DNA of 64,000 bases from the NCBI GenBank assembly GCA_964519015.1, contig CAZFHZ010000001.1:5476-69475 (forward strand), written 5' to 3'. This DNA is from an uncultured Gemmatimonadota bacterium. GTDB taxonomy: Bacteria > Blakebacterota > Blakebacteria > Blakebacterales > CAYUVJ01. The notes under the pieces were generated by a model, which did not search any database, was not told where the DNA came from, and saw nothing but the letters and a program-made list of their open reading frames with translations. Both the position numbers and the translations under genes were made by a program. This document shows, in pieces, positions 35,224 to 44,933 of the stretch (the first letter of the stretch is position 1; each line of letters starts with the position of its first letter).

Positions 35224-35255
35224 CATTTCGTCATTTCGTCATTTCGTCATTTCGT
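35224..35255. repeat. Four perfect tandem copies of the octamer CATTTCGT (TGACGAAA on the transcribed strand) in the ars operon promoter region.
   Basis: The repeat catttcgtcatttcgtcatttcgtcatttcgt lies 51-82 nt upstream of the arsP-like start. On the minus strand it begins gTTGACGaaa (-35-like). Confidence 0.85.
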
Positions 35256-35261
35256 CAACCG

Positions 35262-35292
35262 TGCAAATATATGCCCCCTCTCTTCCAGGGGG
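35262..35292 (-). terminator. Candidate intrinsic terminator downstream of brnQ.
   Basis: On the minus strand the sequence reads CCCCCUGGAAGAGAGGGGG followed by CAUAUAUUUG. It lies 47 nt after the brnQ stop. Confidence 0.35.
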
Positions 35293-35338
35293 CAATCCTA
35301 GATTCGGCAAGGCAGGAAGCTGGGACCGGGGCGCGGCC

Positions 35339-36673
35339 TCAGTCGTCGGTCGGCGGGTGGGCCTCCACCGCGGCCGGTTCGAGGATGGGGGAGCCGATCC
35401 CGCGGGCGGCCAGAACCAGCCCCACCAGCGCTCCGGCCACCGCCGGTACGATCCAGGGGAATCCGGCCGCGGCGAAGGGGATGCGGGCGATGGCCGCGTT
35501 GGCGAAGGGGACCGGCAATCCGGCTGCGGTGAGCGCATCGAAGACGCTGGTGGCCAGGGCTCCCGTCACCGCCCCCGCGTAGACGGCCCGCTTCCGCACC
35601 GACCGCCCCAGCATGGTCAGCACGATCAGGCAGATGGCCACCGGGTAGACGGTGACCAGCAGCGGGACCGCGATATTGACGATGGTGGTCACCCCCACAG
35701 TGGCGAAAACGCCGCTGAAGACGACCGTGCCGATGCAGATGGCCTTGTAGCCCACCCGGCCTTTCGAGAGTTCACTGAAGTAATCTCCCACGGTGGCCGT
35801 GAGCCCGATGGAGGTGGTCAGGCAGGCCAGCCCCACCGCCAGGCCGAGGGCGACCTTGCCGGTGCCCCCCATCAGTCCCTGAGCGATGGCGATGAGCAGG
35901 TCGGTCCGTTCGATGGTCGGCGGGTAGAGCGAGCCGGCGGTCGCCCCGATATACATCAGGCCGCCGTAGACCAGCCCCAATCCGGTGGCCGCGATCAGTC
36001 CGGCCAGTGAGGTCATCTTCACCTGGTCCGATACCCCGGAATAGCCCTTGAAGACCAGGGCCCCGATCACGATCTCGGCGAAGACGATCGAGGCCATGGC
36101 ATCCATGGTCTGGTAGCCCTCGCGGAAACCGCGTCCGAACGGGGTGGCCAGGCCGGTCTCGACCAGCGAACCGAGGGGGGTGAAGACCCCCTTCAGGATG
36201 ATCCAGGCCAGGGTCAGGAGCAGGAAGGGAGTCAGGTACTTCCCGATCCGGTCGATGACGGCGGTCCTCTTGAGGGCGAAGAAGAGGGTGACCGTGAAAT
36301 AGAGCACCGAGAAGAGGGCCACCGGGAAGCCGGGGAAGGAAGGCCGCAGACCCATCTCGAAGGCGGTGGCGCAGGTCCGCGGGATGGCCAGCAGCGGCCC
36401 GATGGCCAGGATGACCAGGATGCTCATTACCCGTCCGAAGAGCGGGCTGACCCGGCTCCCCAGGTGCTCCACCGTCCCCCCGGCCCGGGCGGCGGCCATG
36501 ATGCCGAGCAGGGGCATCCCGATCCCGGTGATCAGGAACCCGAGCAGGGCCACCGACCAGACATCGCCGGCCAGCAGACCCATGAAGGGGGGGAAGATCA
36601 GGTTGCCGGCGCCGAAGAACATCGCGAACAGGGCGACACCCACCACCAGCACGTCGTTGGTCTTACGGCTCAT
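35339..36673 (-). CDS. brnQ: Branched-chain amino acid transport system II carrier (BrnQ/LIVCS family).
   Basis: The start MSRKTNDVLVVGVALFAMFFGAGNLIFPPFMG is the conserved BrnQ N-terminus, preceded by GGGAGG. Confidence 0.8.
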   Translation of the reverse strand: MSRKTNDVLVVGVALFAMFFGAGNLIFPPFMGLLAGDVWSVALLGFLITGIGMPLLGIMAAARAGGTVEHLGSRVSPLFGRVMSILVILAIGPLLAIPRTCATAFEMGLRPSFPGFPVALFSVLYFTVTLFFALKRTAVIDRIGKYLTPFLLLTLAWIILKGVFTPLGSLVETGLATPFGRGFREGYQTMDAMASIVFAEIVIGALVFKGYSGVSDQVKMTSLAGLIAATGLGLVYGGLMYIGATAGSLYPPTIERTDLLIAIAQGLMGGTGKVALGLAVGLACLTTSIGLTATVGDYFSELSKGRVGYKAICIGTVVFSGVFATVGVTTIVNIAVPLLVTVYPVAICLIVLTMLGRSVRKRAVYAGAVTGALATSVFDALTAAGLPVPFANAAIARIPFAAAGFPWIVPAVAGALVGLVLAARGIGSPILEPAAVEAHPPTDD

Positions 36674-36911
36674 CGGAAGGCCTCCCGGGGATTCGACTCG
36701 GGTCACGCTCTCGGAGTTATACCACCTCGGGCGACATTTCCCTCACCCGCTCCATGACGGCACACGCCCCGCCCGGTTCGATCGCTTGCCGCCCTCGGAG
36801 ATCGTCCGGACCACTGCTACGGCCTTGACGCGGTGCGCCGCCGTAGTTGAATGTACAGGAGCCCACCAGACCGGGTCCTCGTGACCCTCTCACCGGACTG
36901 CGTACGGGAGA

Positions 36912-37760
36912 ATGCAGCATATGCGAAAAGTCCCAGCCGAGCGACTCACCGAAGCGGTCCGCGAGATCTCCGTGACCGCCAACTACGACCTGCCCGAGGA
37001 TGTGATGAAGGCGCTGGAGGACGCCCGGGGGACCGAGGTCTCGCCGGTCGGACTCGAGATCCTCGACCAGATCATCGAGAACGCGAAGATCGCCGCCGCC
37101 GACCGGGTCCCGATCTGTCAGGATACCGGGTTCGCGGTCATCTACCTGGAGATCGGGACCGAGGTCTGCATCGAAGGGGATGTGATCGCCGCGATCAACG
37201 AGGGGGTGCGTCAGGGGTACCAGGAGGGCTACCTCCGTAAATCGATCGTAAGCGACCCCCTGCGCCGCACCAACACCGGGGACAACACCCCGGCCGCGAT
37301 CAGCGTGGATTTCGTGCCCGGGGACAAGGTCACCGTCACGATCGCCCCCAAGGGCGGGGGGAGCGAGAACATGAGCGAGGCGCGCCTCTACGCCCCGGCG
37401 GCCGGCCGGGAGGGGGTGGTCAACTTCGTGGTCGACCGGGTCGCCCGCTCGGGTTCCAACCCCTGCCCTCCGGTCATCGTCGGAGTCGGCATCGGCGGGA
37501 CCTTCGACCTGTGCGCGAAGATCGCCAAGAAGGCGCTGCTCAAGGAGGTCGGTGAGCGGCACCCCGACCCCTACTACGCCGAGATGGAGCTGGAGATCCT
37601 GGAGAAGGTCAACAAGCTGGGGATCGGACCCCAGGGCCTGGGCGGCCGGACCACGGCGCTCGACGTCCACATCGAGGTCCATCCCTGTCACATCGCGAGC
37701 CTGCCGGTGGCGGTGAACATGCAGTGTCACGCCGCCCGCCACAAGAGCATGGTCATCTGA
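36912..37760 (+). CDS. Class-I (Fe-S) fumarate hydratase / tartrate dehydratase alpha subunit.
   Basis: Family blocks are VPICQDTGFAVIYLEIG, GGGSENMS and GPQGLGG. Confidence 0.8.
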   Translation: MQHMRKVPAERLTEAVREISVTANYDLPEDVMKALEDARGTEVSPVGLEILDQIIENAKIAAADRVPICQDTGFAVIYLEIGTEVCIEGDVIAAINEGVRQGYQEGYLRKSIVSDPLRRTNTGDNTPAAISVDFVPGDKVTVTIAPKGGGSENMSEARLYAPAAGREGVVNFVVDRVARSGSNPCPPVIVGVGIGGTFDLCAKIAKKALLKEVGERHPDPYYAEMELEILEKVNKLGIGPQGLGGRTTALDVHIEVHPCHIASLPVAVNMQCHAARHKSMVI

Positions 37761-37779
37761 GGACCCGGAGGGAACGAAC

Positions 37780-38337
37780 ATGGAAGAGCGCAAGCGTGTC
37801 CAGCTCCCCCTGACGGCTGAGGCCGTCACCGACCTGAAGGCGGGTGACCGGGTGTTCCTCAGCGGTCCCATGCTCACGGGCCGGGACGCCGCCCACAAGC
37901 GACTGGTGGAACTGGTCGACAAAGGGGAGTCCCTGCCGGTCGAGTTGACCGGCCAGACCATCTATTTCGTCGGCCCCTCCCCGGCCAAACCCGACCAGGT
38001 GATCGGCTCCTGCGGCCCGACCACCTCCTACCGGATGGACCCTTACAGCCCGAAGCTGATCGCGCTGGGCCTGCGGGGGATGGTCGGCAAGGGGGAGCGA
38101 GGCCCCGAGGTGGTGGCGGCGATGAAGCAGTACGGGGCGGTCTACTTCGCGGCGGTGGGCGGGGCGGCCGCCCTCATCGCCCGCAGCGTGAAATCGACCG
38201 AGGTGGTCGCCTACGAGGATCTGGGGCCGGAGGCGATCCGGCTCATGGAGGTGGAGGACTTCCCGGTCATCGTGGCCCAGGACGCCCACGGTGGCAACCT
38301 CTACCGGGAAGGGGTGGAGCAGTACGCAATCGGGTGA
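37780..38337 (+). CDS. Class-I fumarate hydratase / tartrate dehydratase beta subunit.
   Basis: Family blocks are LSGPMLTGRDAAHKRL, IYFVGPSPAKP and YGAVYFAAVGGAAAL. Confidence 0.8.
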   Translation: MEERKRVQLPLTAEAVTDLKAGDRVFLSGPMLTGRDAAHKRLVELVDKGESLPVELTGQTIYFVGPSPAKPDQVIGSCGPTTSYRMDPYSPKLIALGLRGMVGKGERGPEVVAAMKQYGAVYFAAVGGAAALIARSVKSTEVVAYEDLGPEAIRLMEVEDFPVIVAQDAHGGNLYREGVEQYAIG

Positions 38338-38368
38338 GGGGACGCCCTCCAGACATAGGGGTATAGCC

Positions 38369-40534
38369 ATGCTGAAGCGACTGACCGTGGTGGGAGCCGC
38401 CCTGCTGGCGGTGGCCGCCGGAGCCCATTTCGCGCTCACCGACGAGGGGCAGTGGACCCCCGACCAGATCGACCGGCTCGATCTGCGCCGGGCGGGGCTG
38501 CGCATCCCCGTCAGCCAGGTCTTCAATCCCGGCGGGGCCGGTATCCACGAGGCGGTGATCCTGCTCGGCGGAGGTACGGCCGAGTTCGTCAGCCCCGAGG
38601 GGCTCATCATGACGAACCACCACGTGGCCTTCGGGGCGGTCGCCCGTATCGCCACCGCCGAGGAGGACTACATCACCGACGGCTACCTGGCCCGCACCCC
38701 GGCCGAGGAGATCCGGGCCCAGGGCTATACGGCCAGCATCGTCCAGTTCTACGAGGACGTCACACCCAGGGTGCTCCAGGGGGTGGGACTTGAACTGACC
38801 TGGGAGGAGCGGCAGGAGGCCATCCGCCGGAACACCTCGGCGGTGCTCGAGGAAGCGCGACGGGCCCATCCCGACCTGCGGATGGAGGTCTCGACCCTCT
38901 CCTACGGGAACGCCTTCAAGCTGATGGGCTTCTTGATCATCCCCGACATCCGGATCGTCTACGTCCCCCCATTCGCGATCGGCAACTTCGGGGCCGAGAC
39001 CGACAACTGGATGTTCCCCCGCCATACCGGGGATTTCTCCTTCATGCGTGCCTACGTCGGCCCCGACGGCAAGCCCGCCCCCTACAGCGAGTCGAACGTC
39101 CCCTACCGGCCCCGGACCTGGCTCAAGACGGCCCGGACGGGACCTAAGGAGGGGGACTTCGCCTTCCTGCTGGGCTTCCCGGGCACTACCATGCGCTACC
39201 GGGACTCCTACTTCCTGGATTACGAGTACACCTCCCGCCTCCCCTACGAGATCATGATCCGCGGTGAGCGGATCGACGTCATGAACCGGGCGGCCGAAGG
39301 GGACCGTGCCCTCCAGATCCGCTTCGCCGAGACCGTCAAGGGCCTGGCCAACACCTACAAGAACTACCAGGGGAAGGTGGTCGGGATGGCGCGGGCCGAC
39401 CTGCCGGCCCTCCGGCGGGCCGAGGAGGCGGAATGGACGCGCTGGTACCGCGGCCGGCCTGAACTGCAACGGCGTTACGACGGTGTGCTGGAGGAGCTGG
39501 AAGGGCTTTTCGCCGAGGCCCGCCGGGACGATCCGCTCGCCCGCACGATCGGTGAGCTGACCTGGTCCCCGGTGCAGCAGCTGGCCGTGGATGTCTACGA
39601 GTGCCTGGTGCAGGCCGCCCTCCCCGAGGCCGAGCGTGCCCCAGCCTGGCGCGGGGCCGGCCTGGAGCGCCAGAAGAACCGGCTGCTGGCGGGACCGAGG
39701 GAGGTCTATCTCCCGGTGGACCGTGAACTCTACCGCCGGGCGGCCATTCGCGCGCTGGGTCTGCCGCCGGGGGAACGTCCGGCGACCTTCGCGGCGATCG
39801 TCGAGGGCCAGGAACTGCGGGGTTACGCCCCGGTCCTGGAGGCGGCGATCGAAGAAGCCTACGCCTCCTCCCCGCTGCTGCAGGCCACCGGCCGCGAGGA
39901 ACTGCTCGGGCTCAGCCCCGAGGAGGGGGTCCGCCGCGGCGGGCTCTTCCTCCGGGTGGCGGCCGAGATCCACGAGAGCTCCCAACGGCTCGGGGAGCGG
40001 CAGCGCGCCCGCTCGGCCGAGCAGACCCGGCTCTGGCAGCGCTACGCGGAAGGGATCATGGCCTTCCGGGAGAGCCGTGGAAAGACCCTCTACCCCGACG
40101 CCAACCGCTCTCTGCGTTTCTCCTACGGGACCGTGCTGGGTTACGATCCGAAGGATGCCGTCCATATCAGGCCCTTCACCCACCTGACGGGAGTGATCGA
40201 GAAGGAGACCGGAGAAGGTGAGTTCATCGTGCCCGCCGCGCTCGAGGAGGCTTGGCGGCAGAAGCGGTTCGGCCCCTGGAAGGACGACTCCGGGGATGTC
40301 CCGGTGGACTTTCTGACCACCTGCGACACCACCGGCGGCAACTCGGGCAGCCCGGTGATGAACGCCCGCGGTGAACTGATCGGGATCAACTTCGACCGGG
40401 TCTGGGAGGCCACGGTCAACGACTACAACTTCGACCCCGACTTCGGTCGCAACATCAGTGTCGACATGCGCTACATCCTGCTGGTCTGCGCCACCTTCGG
40501 CGCCGACCGGGTGGTGAAGGAACTGGGCTGGTAA
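38369..40534 (+). CDS. S46-family serine peptidase (dipeptidyl-peptidase 7/11-like), secreted.
   Basis: The signal is MLKRLTVVGAALLAVAAGA. His/Asp/Ser blocks are LIMTNHHVAF and TTCDTTGGNSGSPVMNARGELIGINFD. Confidence 0.8.
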   Translation: MLKRLTVVGAALLAVAAGAHFALTDEGQWTPDQIDRLDLRRAGLRIPVSQVFNPGGAGIHEAVILLGGGTAEFVSPEGLIMTNHHVAFGAVARIATAEEDYITDGYLARTPAEEIRAQGYTASIVQFYEDVTPRVLQGVGLELTWEERQEAIRRNTSAVLEEARRAHPDLRMEVSTLSYGNAFKLMGFLIIPDIRIVYVPPFAIGNFGAETDNWMFPRHTGDFSFMRAYVGPDGKPAPYSESNVPYRPRTWLKTARTGPKEGDFAFLLGFPGTTMRYRDSYFLDYEYTSRLPYEIMIRGERIDVMNRAAEGDRALQIRFAETVKGLANTYKNYQGKVVGMARADLPALRRAEEAEWTRWYRGRPELQRRYDGVLEELEGLFAEARRDDPLARTIGELTWSPVQQLAVDVYECLVQAALPEAERAPAWRGAGLERQKNRLLAGPREVYLPVDRELYRRAAIRALGLPPGERPATFAAIVEGQELRGYAPVLEAAIEEAYASSPLLQATGREELLGLSPEEGVRRGGLFLRVAAEIHESSQRLGERQRARSAEQTRLWQRYAEGIMAFRESRGKTLYPDANRSLRFSYGTVLGYDPKDAVHIRPFTHLTGVIEKETGEGEFIVPAALEEAWRQKRFGPWKDDSGDVPVDFLTTCDTTGGNSGSPVMNARGELIGINFDRVWEATVNDYNFDPDFGRNISVDMRYILLVCATFGADRVVKELGW

Positions 40535-40545
40535 GGAGCGCCCGC

Positions 40546-41928
40546 GTGCTGGAACGGCTCTTCGCACTGGAGCGTCACGGGACCACGGTCTCCACCGAGG
40601 TGCGGGCCGGGATCGTGACCTTCATGACGATGAGCTACATCCTCTTCGTGCAGCGCGGGCTGCTCGGTTCCCCTCCCCCGGCCGGGGCGGGGATGGATCC
40701 GGGGGCGGTGGTGGTGGCCGCCTGCCTGGCCTCCGCAGCCGCCTGCCTGGTGATGGGTCTGGGGGCCAACTACCCGGTGGCACTGGCGCCGGGTATGGGA
40801 GAGAACTTCTTCTTCGTCACCGTGGCCGGCTTGAGTATCGGCGGGACCGTGCTGGGCTGGCGGGTGGCCATGACCGCCACCTTCCTGGCCGGCGCCCTCT
40901 TCCTGGTTCTCTCCCTCTTCCGGGTCCGCGAACGGGTCTTCCAGGCGGTCCCGGAAGGACTCAAGTACGCCATCGCGGTGGGCATCGGGGTGCTGATCGC
41001 CTTCTTCGGCCTGCAGAAGGCAGGGATCGTGGTGGGGGAACCCTTCGCCCAGGTCTCGATCGGGCGGTTCGACCGTCCCGAGACCCAGCTAGCCCTCTTC
41101 GGCCTGCTGGTCACCACCATCCTCTGGGTGCGCCGGGTGCGGGGGGCCTTCCTGCTCGGGATCGTGGTCACCACCCTGGTCGGTTGGGCCTTCGGGCTGG
41201 TCCGCTACCACGGGCTCTTCTCCCTCCCCCCCTCCCCGGCCCCGGTGGCCCTCCACTTCGATTTCGCCCGGACACTGACAGTGGGGATGGTCCCGATTCT
41301 GATCGTCTTCCTCTTCCTCGACCTCTTCGACACGATCGGCACGCTCATCGCCGTCGGGGAGCAGGCCGGCCTGATGAAGGAGGGGCGGCTGGAGAACGCC
41401 GGGCGGGCGTTGCTGGCGGATGCGGTCGGCACCGTGGTGGGAGCCTCCCTCGGCTCCTCGACCGTGACCAGCTACGTGGAGAGCACGGCCGGGGTGGCCG
41501 AGGGGGGTCGCACCGGCCTGACGGCGGTGGTGGTCGGCCTCTGCTTCCTGCTCGCCCTCTTCTGCTATCCGCTGGTGGAGATGGTCGGCGGAGGGGTGAC
41601 CGTGACCCAGGTGCTGGCGGTCGGTCCCAACCGCCTCGAGGTCCCCTTCCTGCTCATCCCGACGGTGGCCCCGGTCCTGATCCTGGTGGGCTGCCTGATG
41701 ATGCGGGGGGTGACCCGGATCGACTGGCACGACCCCACCGAAGCGCTGCCGGCCTTCCTGGTCATCCTCGGGATCCCGCTCGCCTTCAATATCGCCACCG
41801 GGATCGCCCTCGGATTCATCGCCTGGGCGGTCACCAAGACCGCTGCCGGGCGGGCCCGGGAGGTCTCCCCCCTGCTCTATGCGCTGGCCCTGCTCTTCCT
41901 CGCCTTCTTCCTCTTCGTGCGCCCCTGA
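40546..41928 (+). CDS. NCS2-family purine (guanine/hypoxanthine, AzgA/PbuG-like) permease.
   Basis: The GTG start gives MLERLFALERHGTTVSTEVRAGIVTFMTMSYILFV, the characteristic AzgA-type N-terminus. The protein is polytopic. Confidence 0.8.
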   Translation: MLERLFALERHGTTVSTEVRAGIVTFMTMSYILFVQRGLLGSPPPAGAGMDPGAVVVAACLASAAACLVMGLGANYPVALAPGMGENFFFVTVAGLSIGGTVLGWRVAMTATFLAGALFLVLSLFRVRERVFQAVPEGLKYAIAVGIGVLIAFFGLQKAGIVVGEPFAQVSIGRFDRPETQLALFGLLVTTILWVRRVRGAFLLGIVVTTLVGWAFGLVRYHGLFSLPPSPAPVALHFDFARTLTVGMVPILIVFLFLDLFDTIGTLIAVGEQAGLMKEGRLENAGRALLADAVGTVVGASLGSSTVTSYVESTAGVAEGGRTGLTAVVVGLCFLLALFCYPLVEMVGGGVTVTQVLAVGPNRLEVPFLLIPTVAPVLILVGCLMMRGVTRIDWHDPTEALPAFLVILGIPLAFNIATGIALGFIAWAVTKTAAGRAREVSPLLYALALLFLAFFLFVRP

Positions 41929-41998
41929 AGGCCCTCTTCTATAATGGCCCCGGACCCTCCGGGGTGAGGACGCCCCACCCGGCCAGGAAGGTGTCCCG

Positions 41999-43330
41999 AT
42001 GAAGGTGGTCATCGTCGGCGGTGGAGCAGTCGCCTACCAGATCGCGCGCGAGCTGGATGAACGGCTCGACATCGTGGTCATCGAGGAGGATCCGGAGGCG
42101 GCCACCCGCTTCGACCGGCTCGACGTACAGGTCGTCCGGGGCACCCCCACCGATCCGGTCCTGTTGCGCGGGCTCGCTCTCGGGGAGAACGACCATCTCA
42201 TAGCCTGCAGCGAATCGGACGAGTACAACTTGGTCGTCTCACTGGCCGCCAAGGCCCACTGCGGCGTCAAGACCGCCTGTTTCATCACGCGGGATGATTT
42301 CTACCGCTCCCTGGTGCATCCGGAGAGCGGGCAACCGGTCCTGGCCATCGACCGGTTGATCAGCCCGCCCAGTCTGCTGGCCGAGGAGATCGCCCGGATC
42401 GTGCTGGTCCCCCGGGCGATCGACGTCAACACCTTCCTGGGCGGGCGTATCTGGCTGCAGGAGTACCGGGTCCCCCCCCGCACCCCGCTGGTAGGTCCTC
42501 CCCTCCATCGGCTCGGGCTCCCCCCCGAGGTCCTGGCGGTCGCCGTAGCCCGCGAGGAGGGCCTGCTGATCCCGGATGGAGGGACGGTGCTGCGCCCGGG
42601 CGACAAGGTGGTCTTCATGGGCACCCAGCGGGCGCTGCGCACCCTCGAGCGCCGCTTCTTCCACGAAGTGGTGGAACGGGTCGGCTTCGTGACCATCATC
42701 GGCGGCGGGGAGGTCGGACTGGCCCTGGCCCGCCGGCTCGAGGAAGAGGGGGACCTCGAGCTCAAGCTGATCGAGCGCTCCGCCGAGCGGTGCGAATATC
42801 TCGCCACGGTGCTCGACCGCTGCCTGGTGTTGAACGGGGACGGGACCGACCTGGAACTGCTCGACCTGGAGCAGGTCTTCCGGGCCGATGTGCTGGTCTC
42901 GGTCACCAGCGACGACGAGAAGAACCTGCTCTGCTCCCTGATCGCCCGGGAGATGGAGATCCCCAAGATCATCACCCGGGTGGACAACCCGGCCAACCTC
43001 CACCTCTTCGAGAGCGTGCGGGTCGACGTGCCGCTCAACCTCCGGGCCACCGCCATCAAGTCGGTGCTCGATTCCCTCCAGAGCACGCGCCTGCCGCTGC
43101 TGGCGTCCGTGGAGCGGGGAAAGGGGAGCGTGCTGGAGATCACGGTGGGTCCCGGCTTCCCCCCCACTCCGGTCCGGAGCATCCCCGACATCGACGATAT
43201 GATCATCGGGGCGGTGGTACGCGACTTCGCCACAGTGGTGCCCCGCGGGGACGAGCTCATCCGCCCCGGGGACCGACTGCTCATCTTCACCCTGCAGGAA
43301 TCGGCGGCTTCGATCCCCGGACGGTTCTAG
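41999..43330 (+). CDS. trkA: Trk potassium uptake regulatory protein TrkA (tandem RCK domains).
   Basis: Two Rossmann RCK-N domains are present (MKVVIVGGGAVAYQIAREL and FVTIIGGGEVGLALARRL), each followed by an RCK-C domain. Confidence 0.85.
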   Translation: MKVVIVGGGAVAYQIARELDERLDIVVIEEDPEAATRFDRLDVQVVRGTPTDPVLLRGLALGENDHLIACSESDEYNLVVSLAAKAHCGVKTACFITRDDFYRSLVHPESGQPVLAIDRLISPPSLLAEEIARIVLVPRAIDVNTFLGGRIWLQEYRVPPRTPLVGPPLHRLGLPPEVLAVAVAREEGLLIPDGGTVLRPGDKVVFMGTQRALRTLERRFFHEVVERVGFVTIIGGGEVGLALARRLEEEGDLELKLIERSAERCEYLATVLDRCLVLNGDGTDLELLDLEQVFRADVLVSVTSDDEKNLLCSLIAREMEIPKIITRVDNPANLHLFESVRVDVPLNLRATAIKSVLDSLQSTRLPLLASVERGKGSVLEITVGPGFPPTPVRSIPDIDDMIIGAVVRDFATVVPRGDELIRPGDRLLIFTLQESAASIPGRF

Positions 43331-43364
43331 CGAAATGATGCGAATTCCGGACTCGGGACGCTAG

Positions 43365-44933
43365 ATGCGCCTCTCCGTCGTCTTCCAGACCGTCGGTCAG
43401 GTCCTCCGCTACTTCGCCCTGATCATGCTCCTCCCCCTGCTGGTGGATTGGCTCTACGGGGGATGGTTCGAGTCGCTCGGGTTCCTGATCGCCGGGATCT
43501 CGGCCGCCCTGGCCGGTGAACTGCTGCGGCGTATCCGGATACGGAAGGGAGAACTGGCCCGGGTGGAGGGACTGGCCGTGGTCGCCCTGGTCTGGCTGGT
43601 GGTGGCGATCTTCGGGGCCATCCCCTACCTCTGGGCCCGACTGGGACCGGTAGACGCCCTGTTCGAGTCGATGAGCGGCTTCACCACCACCGGGGCAACG
43701 GTCTTCACCGACTTCAGCCGCTACTCGCGGGGGCTCTTCTTCTGGCGGGGACTGACCCAGTGGCTGGGGGGTATGGGGGTGCTCGCGCTCTTCATCGCGG
43801 TCCTCCCCGCCCTGGCCGTGGCCGGGCGCCAACTATTCTTCGCCGAGGCCCCCGGACCCTCCGAGGAGCGGCTCACCCCCCGGATCCGCAACACCGCCAT
43901 CGCCCTCTGGAGCCTCTACGCCGGGCTCTCCGCCCTCGAGGTCCTGGCCCTGCGGCTGACCGGGCTGCCCCTCTACGACGCGGTCTGCAACACCTTCACG
44001 ACCATGGCCGCCGGAGGGTTCTCCCCCAACCCCTACAGTATCGGCGGCTACGCCAACCCGGCCGCCGAGTGGGTGATCATCCTCTTCATGTTCCTGGCCG
44101 GGGCCAACTACTCTTTGCAGTTCCAGGCGGTGCGCGGTCGCCCCGGGGCCCTGCTGAAGGACGAGGAGTTTCGCGTCTACACCGGCCTGGTGGTGACGGC
44201 CGCCCTGGTGCTCTTCCTGGTCCTGCTGCGGTTCGCCGCCCGGCTCCCCTCCGACTATCTGGCCTCGGAGAGCGGTGCAGGGGCACTCACCGGCGCCTCC
44301 CCCCCCGATGTGGTGCGGCACGCCCTCTTCCAGGTCCTGACCATCATCACCACCACCGGGTTCGCCACCGACGACTTCAACCTCTGGAGCGAACCGGCCC
44401 GTCTGATCCTGCTGGTGCTGATGTTCATCGGCGGTTGTGCCGGATCGGCGGCCGGGGGACCGAAGGTGGTGCGGCACCTGCTCACCGGCAAGCACGCCCT
44501 GCGCGAACTGCTGCGAGCCCTCCATCCCCGGGTGGTGCGGCCGATCCGGCTCGGCCCACGGGTGGTCCCCCCCGAGGTGATCCACTCCATCACCGCCTTC
44601 ATGCTCCTCTACATGATCATCTTCACGTTGAGCACCCTGGTGGTGGTCGTGCTGGGCGCGGACATCCTGACCGGGCTGACGGCGAGTATCGCCACCCTCG
44701 GCAACATCGGGCCCGGCTTCGGAGGGGTCGGACCGATGGCCAGTTACGCCTGGCTCCACCCCATCTCGAAAGTGGTGCTGACCATCAACATGTGGGTGGG
44801 CCGGCTGGAGGTCATGACCGTGCTGGTGCTGCTCCAGCCCGAGGTGTGGCGTTCGATGCAGTGGAGCGATCCGCGTCACCGTCGCCGGGAGGTGCCCGCC
44901 GGCACCCTCCCGGAGCGAGCGGTCGAGTCATGA
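43365..44933 (+). CDS. trkH: TrkH-family potassium transporter.
   Basis: The 522-aa polytopic protein carries TrkH selectivity-filter-like repeats (SGFTTTGATV, TTTGFAT, GNIGPGFGGVGP). Confidence 0.85.
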   Translation: MRLSVVFQTVGQVLRYFALIMLLPLLVDWLYGGWFESLGFLIAGISAALAGELLRRIRIRKGELARVEGLAVVALVWLVVAIFGAIPYLWARLGPVDALFESMSGFTTTGATVFTDFSRYSRGLFFWRGLTQWLGGMGVLALFIAVLPALAVAGRQLFFAEAPGPSEERLTPRIRNTAIALWSLYAGLSALEVLALRLTGLPLYDAVCNTFTTMAAGGFSPNPYSIGGYANPAAEWVIILFMFLAGANYSLQFQAVRGRPGALLKDEEFRVYTGLVVTAALVLFLVLLRFAARLPSDYLASESGAGALTGASPPDVVRHALFQVLTIITTTGFATDDFNLWSEPARLILLVLMFIGGCAGSAAGGPKVVRHLLTGKHALRELLRALHPRVVRPIRLGPRVVPPEVIHSITAFMLLYMIIFTLSTLVVVVLGADILTGLTASIATLGNIGPGFGGVGPMASYAWLHPISKVVLTINMWVGRLEVMTVLVLLQPEVWRSMQWSDPRHRRREVPAGTLPERAVES

